DNA of 41,215 nt from Candidatus Subteraquimicrobium carltonvillense (GTDB taxonomy: Bacteria; Actinomycetota; Aquicultoria; Subteraquimicrobiales; Subteraquimicrobiaceae), in the NCBI GenBank assembly GCA_002339355.1, contig DDKQ01000113.1:1-41215 (forward strand). The letters are read 5' to 3'. The notes beneath the pieces were generated by a model, which worked only from the letters and a program-made list of their open reading frames with translations, was not told the origin of the DNA and ran no database searches. The translations under genes were made by a program, and so were the position numbers. Shown here piece after piece: positions 36,524 to 41,215 of the stretch. Within the stretch, counting starts at the first letter, position 1, and every line of letters starts with the position of its first letter.

Positions 36524-37786
36524 TTGGAGATTAAGGCACCGCGGGGAACATCGGACATTCTTCCGGAGAAGGCTGGGATATGGCAATTCCTCGAACGCAG
36601 AGCCATAAGCCTATTTGAAAGGTATGGGTATCGCCGAATCATTACTCCCATCTTTGAGTATACCGAGCTGTTCAGGCAGGGAATTGGAGAGTCGACGGAT
36701 ATCGTTCAAAAGGAGATGTATACTTTCCGGGACAGGAGGGGACGAAGTCTCACCCTTCGCCCCGAAGCTACGGCTCCCGTGGTTCGTGCTTTCTTAGAGC
36801 ACGATTTATTGAAACATTCCCAGCCCGTAAAACTTTACTACATTGGACCCATGTTTCGTTATGAGAGACCACAAGCTGGTCGATATCGTGAGTTTTGGCA
36901 GATAGGAGTGGAGGCCATTGGATCATTGGATCCTGCTCTCGATGGGGAAGTGATTTTGCTTCTGATGCATTATCTCAAAGATGTGGGACTAAAGCATTTG
37001 CAACTACACTTAAATAGTATGGGATGCTTCAAGTGCCGACCATCTTTTACAGAATCTCTCGAGGGATATCTGCAGCCAAGGATAGGTGAATTTTGCTCGG
37101 ATTGTAAAAGGAGGATCAAGCTCAACCCCCTTCGTGTGTTCGATTGCAAGAAGGAAGCTTGTCAGAATCTTCTGTCTAATGCTCCCCGCATTTTGGATCA
37201 TCTCTGCGAGGATTGCAAGGTTCACTTTCATGAGGTGCAAGAATATCTAAAGATGATGGATCTCAATCATGTCATAAATCCGTCCTTGGTGAGAGGGTTG
37301 GATTACTACACCAGGACGACCTTTGAAGTAATATCTCCTCACCTGGGAGCCCAAAATGCTTTGGGAGGTGGAGGACGATACGACAACTTGGTAGAAGGAT
37401 GCGGGGGTCCCCCCACTCCCGCAACGGGATTTGCCTTGGGAACGGAGCGGGTTGCTATGGCTTTGGAGAAGGAAGGCGTTTCCCTTCCTAAAGATTCGAC
37501 GCTGGATGTCTTTTTGGCCATAGTGGGAAGGGATCAAAAACCAGATGGTTTCGCGCTATTGAGCCGAATAAGGGAGGAAGATATCGCCGCGGATATGGAT
37601 TATGGTGGTAGAAGTTTGAAGGGTCAAATGAAACTCGCTGATAAGCTTGGGGTGTCATACGCTTTGTTCTTGGGCTCCAAGGAATTGGGAAGGGGCGTTT
37701 GCAGGATAAGGGATATGAAGACCGGGGAGCAGGTCGAAGTCAAGTTAGAAGAGGTTCCCAAGTGGCTGAAAATTCACTTAAAATAG
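36524..37786 (+). CDS. hisS: Histidine--tRNA ligase
   Basis: PRGT.D, KEMYTF.D..GR.L.LRPE.T, and RYERPQAGRYREF.Q class II motifs. The anticodon-binding C-terminus is present. TTG start after GAGGAGG. Confidence 0.95.
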   Translation: MEIKAPRGTSDILPEKAGIWQFLERRAISLFERYGYRRIITPIFEYTELFRQGIGESTDIVQKEMYTFRDRRGRSLTLRPEATAPVVRAFLEHDLLKHSQPVKLYYIGPMFRYERPQAGRYREFWQIGVEAIGSLDPALDGEVILLLMHYLKDVGLKHLQLHLNSMGCFKCRPSFTESLEGYLQPRIGEFCSDCKRRIKLNPLRVFDCKKEACQNLLSNAPRILDHLCEDCKVHFHEVQEYLKMMDLNHVINPSLVRGLDYYTRTTFEVISPHLGAQNALGGGGRYDNLVEGCGGPPTPATGFALGTERVAMALEKEGVSLPKDSTLDVFLAIVGRDQKPDGFALLSRIREEDIAADMDYGGRSLKGQMKLADKLGVSYALFLGSKELGRGVCRIRDMKTGEQVEVKLEEVPKWLKIHLK

Positions 37787-37814
37787 GTCAAGGGTCAAAG
37801 GTCATGAGTCATGA
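37787..37814. repeat. Heptamer tandem array GTCAAGG/GTCAAAG/GTCATGA/GTCATGA
   Basis: It starts on the nucleotide after the hisS stop. A fifth GTCATGA lies at 37833-37839, inside the first codons of aspS. Confidence 0.8.
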
Positions 37815-37829
37815 GAGGGAAGGAAGACT

Positions 37830-39602
37830 ATGGTCATGAGGACAAAGTACTCGGTTCGGACTCATAATTGTGGAAAACTCTCTCCCAAAAATGTCGGTGA
37901 GCAGGTAATTTTGGCTGGATGGGTACAGCGGAGGAGAGATCACGGAGGTTTAATTTTCATCGACCTTCGGGACAGAAGCGGGATCGTCCAGGTAGTAAGC
38001 AATCCTGTGCACGGTACCGAGGCTTTCAATGTTGCTCGGAAGATTCGAGGCGAATACGTGATATGTGTTGAGGGAAAGGTGGCCAAGAGACCCCAAGGGA
38101 CGGTGAATCCAACTCTCCCAACGGGGGAAGTTGAGGTAATAGCCAGAGATATAGAGATTCTTAATCCATCCAAAACACCTCCATTTGAGATAGAAAGTGG
38201 AGTTGATGTGGACGAATCTCTTAGGCTCAAATTCCGGTACTTGGATATCAGACGCCCCGAGATGCTTCGTAATCTAAAGCTCAGACACGAGGTGGTCACA
38301 AAGGTTAGGGAGTTTCTAAATAAACGCGATTTCCTGGAAATAGAAACGCCGATTCTTACCAAAAGTACTCCCGAGGGAGCAAGGGATTATTTGGTGCCTA
38401 GCAGACTTCAACCTGGGCGTTTTTATGCTCTTCCTCAATCCCCTCAGTTGTTCAAGCAAATACTCATGGTCGGAGGGATCGAAAGGTATTACCAGATTGC
38501 CAGGTGTTTCAGGGATGAGGACTTAAGAGCGGACAGACAGCCGGAGCACACACAGATAGATCTGGAGATGTCCTTTGTCACCCAGGATGACATCCTGCAA
38601 TTGGTGGAAGAAATGATGGTGGAGATATTCTCCTTGCTCGATATCGATTTGAAGACACCCTTTGAAAGACTATCCCACCAGGAGGCTGTGGAAAGATTTG
38701 GGACAGATAAGCCCGATCTAAGGTATAGTTTGGATTTGGTGGATATCTCCGATATCGCCTTCCAGTCCGAGTTTAAGGTTTTCACGAATGCCATTGCGTC
38801 GGGAGGGATAGTCAAGGGGATAAGGGTACCAAATTGTGCCAGCCTTTCTCGCAAGGAAATTGATGAGTTGGTTGAATCGGCGACGGCGAAAGGAGCAAAG
38901 GGGCTATCTTGGATGGCGATTTCCGAGAATGAAGTAAAATCTCCTATAGCGAAGTTTTTTACTCCAAGTCAGTTGGAGGAAATAGTGGACAGGCTTGAAG
39001 CAAAACCCGGTGATTTGCTCTTTTTCGTTGCCGATAAGAGGGAAGTTACTTGTGAGATATTGGGTTACTTGAGGGGAGAATTGGCAGATAGGCTGGGTTT
39101 GATGGACCCCCTTCAATTCAAGTTTGTTTGGATAGTCGATTTTCCCCTCTTCGAATACGATGAGGAGGAAGGGAGACTAAAATCACATCACCATCCATTC
39201 ACCGTCCCCACGGAAGATTCGCTTCCTCTTTTGGACAAGGACCCCCTGGCTGCAAGGGCATATGCTTACGATTTGGTCGTAAATGGTGTGGAGATAGGAG
39301 GTGGGAGCTTAAGAATTTACGACAGGAAGCTCCAAGAAAAGATATTCAAACTTCTGGAGATTTCCCCTGAGGAAGCCGAGAGGAAGTTCGGTTTTCTATT
39401 GGAGGCCTTAGAATACGGTGCTCCTCCTCATGGAGGCATTGCCTTTGGGCTGGATCGTCTGGTCATGCTCCTCGCTGGTTGTAGCTCCATTAGGGAGGTC
39501 ATTGCCTTCCCTAAGACCCAGACGGCTACCTGCCCTCTGACCGGATCCCCGGATATAGTCGATGAAAAGCAGCTTAAGGAGCTTCACATCCGCCGCAGAT
39601 AA
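37830..39602 (+). CDS. aspS: Aspartate--tRNA ligase
   Basis: 590 aa. OB-fold N-terminus (GWV...R.HG...FIDLRD..G), FRDEDLRADRQPE, the GAD insertion, and GGGS.RI / P.HGG.A.GLDR motif 3. Confidence 0.95.
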   Translation: MVMRTKYSVRTHNCGKLSPKNVGEQVILAGWVQRRRDHGGLIFIDLRDRSGIVQVVSNPVHGTEAFNVARKIRGEYVICVEGKVAKRPQGTVNPTLPTGEVEVIARDIEILNPSKTPPFEIESGVDVDESLRLKFRYLDIRRPEMLRNLKLRHEVVTKVREFLNKRDFLEIETPILTKSTPEGARDYLVPSRLQPGRFYALPQSPQLFKQILMVGGIERYYQIARCFRDEDLRADRQPEHTQIDLEMSFVTQDDILQLVEEMMVEIFSLLDIDLKTPFERLSHQEAVERFGTDKPDLRYSLDLVDISDIAFQSEFKVFTNAIASGGIVKGIRVPNCASLSRKEIDELVESATAKGAKGLSWMAISENEVKSPIAKFFTPSQLEEIVDRLEAKPGDLLFFVADKREVTCEILGYLRGELADRLGLMDPLQFKFVWIVDFPLFEYDEEEGRLKSHHHPFTVPTEDSLPLLDKDPLAARAYAYDLVVNGVEIGGGSLRIYDRKLQEKIFKLLEISPEEAERKFGFLLEALEYGAPPHGGIAFGLDRLVMLLAGCSSIREVIAFPKTQTATCPLTGSPDIVDEKQLKELHIRRR

Positions 39603-39611
39603 TTAAATCTG

Positions 39612-39640
39612 TTGCCTCTTGCTCCCGCATATGCTAGAAT
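39612..39640 (+). promoter_or_regulatory. Sigma-70 promoter driving the putative 6S RNA
   Basis: TTGCCT (39612-39617), a 17-nt spacer, then TAGAAT (39635-39640). Confidence 0.6.
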
Positions 39641-39647
39641 AAACTCG

Positions 39648-39836
39648 AAGCTCTACCTTGTGCGTGTTCACATTGACTTGTTTGAGCCAGCATTTCTACG
39701 TTAGGGAACCGGCTCTATCTGTGGAGCGAATGCCTCAAATAGATATCGGGGACTCGCATAAATAGAAGGAGGTTCCCACTCTGTATGAGCACAGGGTTCA
39801 AAGAGGTATTGTGAAACACGGCAAGGTGGGGCTTTT
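39648..39836 (+). ncRNA. ssrS: 6S RNA (RNA polymerase-sequestering sRNA), ~190 nt
   Basis: The spacer is ORF-free. A long closing helix pairs 39648-39671 with 39811-39834. A second helix pairs 39677-39688 with 39794-39806. A large internal bubble is formed by 39689-39703 and 39778-39793. An apical domain is closed by GGGAACC (39704-39710) / GGUUCCC (39771-39777). The 3' end has a U-run. Confidence 0.72.
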
Positions 39837-39889
39837 ATAATTTCGCTTCTTTCACGAGCATTTAACCACTCTCAAGGAGCTCCGAGATT

Positions 39890-39898
39890 TGATAGAAT
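39890..39898 (+). promoter_or_regulatory. Extended -10 element TGaTAGAAT upstream of rarA
   Basis: Read directly from the sequence. It lies about 40 nt upstream of the rarA ATG. Confidence 0.3.
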
Positions 39899-39938
39899 AG
39901 AAATATAAAGGAGCTTACCCCGGACAAAGGAACATATA

Positions 39939-41215
39939 ATGGATTTATTTGATATCGAATCCTCGCATGAAATCGAAGAGCTCAAGCAAGCTCCTCTTGC
40001 TCTTCGGATGCGCCCCCGCACTCTGGAGGAATTCGTGGGTCAGAAGCAGATTTTGGGAGAGGGAATGGTCCTAAGGAGAGCCATTCTGGAGGATGCTCTC
40101 CAATCTGCCATCTTTTGGGGACCACCCGGTTCGGGAAAGACCGCTTTGGCTTATATCATTGCCAATGTGACGAAGGCCCGCTTCATCAGGATGAGTGCGG
40201 TGACATCAAACGTTTCAGAGGTAAGGAAAGCCATGTCCGAGTCCCATCAACGTTTAAAAACATCGGGGCGAAGAACCATCATTTTAATTGACGAGATTCA
40301 CAGGTTCAATAAGGCCCAACAGGATGCCCTCCTTCCCGCTGTGGAGGAGGGAACCATCATCTTAATCGGTGTGACCACGGAGAATCCCTATTTTGAGGTC
40401 AATTCACCCTTGATTTCGCGATCGAGAATCTTTCGATTCGAGCCTCTTCCAGACGAGGACGTAAGACAAATCCTAAAAAGGGCTTTAGAAGATAGAGAAA
40501 GAGGGTTGGGTAGTTTACAGATAAAGCTTGAGAAAGCCGCATTGGAACACATCATCAAAGTTGCCAACGGTGATGCCCGTTGTGCTTTAAATGCCTTGGA
40601 GATGGCGGCATTGACCACGCCACCGGGAGGCAAGGGTGTACGTAAAGTCACTTTGAAGATAGCCGAGGATGCCATCCAAAAGCGAGCTGTGATTTATGAC
40701 CGAGAAGGCGATGCTCATTACGATACCATTTCTGCCTTCATCAAGAGCATGCGCGGCTCGGATCCTGATCCTGCCATCTATTGGTTAGCTCGAATGCTTT
40801 ACGCTGGGGAGGATCCCAGGTTTATCGCCCGTCGTATGGTCATTTTTGCCTCCGAGGATATAGGAAATGCCGATCCTCAAGCTCTGGTGGTGGCGACCGC
40901 AGCCGCTCAGGCTGTGGAGTTTGTAGGATTACCCGAATGCCGTCTGAACTTGGCTCAAGCTGCCATTTACTTGGCCACGGCCCCAAAGAGTAATTCCGTC
41001 ATCAAGGGGATCGATAAAGCTCTTAAAGACGTGGAGGAGGAGCAATCCTTTACCATCCCCAAGCATCTTCGGGATGCTCACTATCCAGGAGCCAAAAAGT
41101 TGGGACACGGTGAAGGTTATAAATATCCGCATAGCTTCCCGGGTCATTACGTCTCCCAGGACTATTTACCGCCCGAATTGAGAAACAAAAAATACTATAT
41201 CCCCTCATCATCGGG
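39939..41215 (+). CDS. rarA: Replication-associated recombination protein A (RarA/MgsA AAA+ ATPase), 3' partial
   Basis: The open frame runs to the window end and is absent from the ORF track because it has no stop. LRMRPRTLEEFVGQ, Walker A GPPGSGKT, Walker B LIDEIHRFNKAQQD, YDREGDAHYDTISAFIKSMRGSDPD.AIYWLARML..GEDP.FIARR. Confidence 0.92.
   Translation, partial: MDLFDIESSHEIEELKQAPLALRMRPRTLEEFVGQKQILGEGMVLRRAILEDALQSAIFWGPPGSGKTALAYIIANVTKARFIRMSAVTSNVSEVRKAMSESHQRLKTSGRRTIILIDEIHRFNKAQQDALLPAVEEGTIILIGVTTENPYFEVNSPLISRSRIFRFEPLPDEDVRQILKRALEDRERGLGSLQIKLEKAALEHIIKVANGDARCALNALEMAALTTPPGGKGVRKVTLKIAEDAIQKRAVIYDREGDAHYDTISAFIKSMRGSDPDPAIYWLARMLYAGEDPRFIARRMVIFASEDIGNADPQALVVATAAAQAVEFVGLPECRLNLAQAAIYLATAPKSNSVIKGIDKALKDVEEEQSFTIPKHLRDAHYPGAKKLGHGEGYKYPHSFPGHYVSQDYLPPELRNKKYYIPSSS

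Overview
This is a densely coded bacterial chromosomal window of about 45 genes, mostly on the + strand, with standard stop codons and many TTG/GTG starts. I cannot assign a taxon.

Gene order:
- 0.5-10.9 kb holds a HAD phosphatase, a stand-alone EF-G paralogue, an OmpR/HAMP two-component system and an Ig-domain L,D-transpeptidase. A membrane-proteostasis cluster follows (SDH/ClpP-fold protease, rhomboid, LemA, HtpX).
- 10.9-13.7 kb is the only clearly accessory stretch. It holds a Phd/ParE-RelE toxin-antitoxin pair, three unrecognisable genes that look AT-richer by eye (one has a PD-(D/E)xK nuclease-like motif), and about 480 nt of ORF-free, repeat- and hairpin-rich DNA.
- 13.7-41.2 kb is housekeeping, in a gene order I recall as Bacillus-like. 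It runs fpg, a metallophosphoesterase lipoprotein, a second paralogous L,D-transpeptidase, pdxST, yebC-ruvCAB, vapBC, ybaK-like, DUF763, queH, DUF2905, queA, tgt, yajC-secDF, two phasin-like paralogues, a UbiB/ABC1 kinase, relA, dtd, an MBL hydrolase, hisS, aspS and rarA (3' partial).

Main observations:
1. An unannotated, promoter-equipped RNA of about 190 nt with textbook 6S RNA architecture lies in the aspS-rarA spacer.
2. tgt is broken by two +1 frameshifts at short homopolymers, while every neighbouring gene is intact.
3. Short, degenerate tandem arrays with a 7-nt period fill several intergenic spacers, sometimes as inverted arrays. One array supplies the last codons of ruvC.
4. The three-gene cassette plus its structured non-coding DNA is the best candidate for an undescribed defence or addiction module.

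No rRNA, tRNA, CRISPR array, transposase or integrase was seen. All homology calls come from motif recognition by eye, not from searches.
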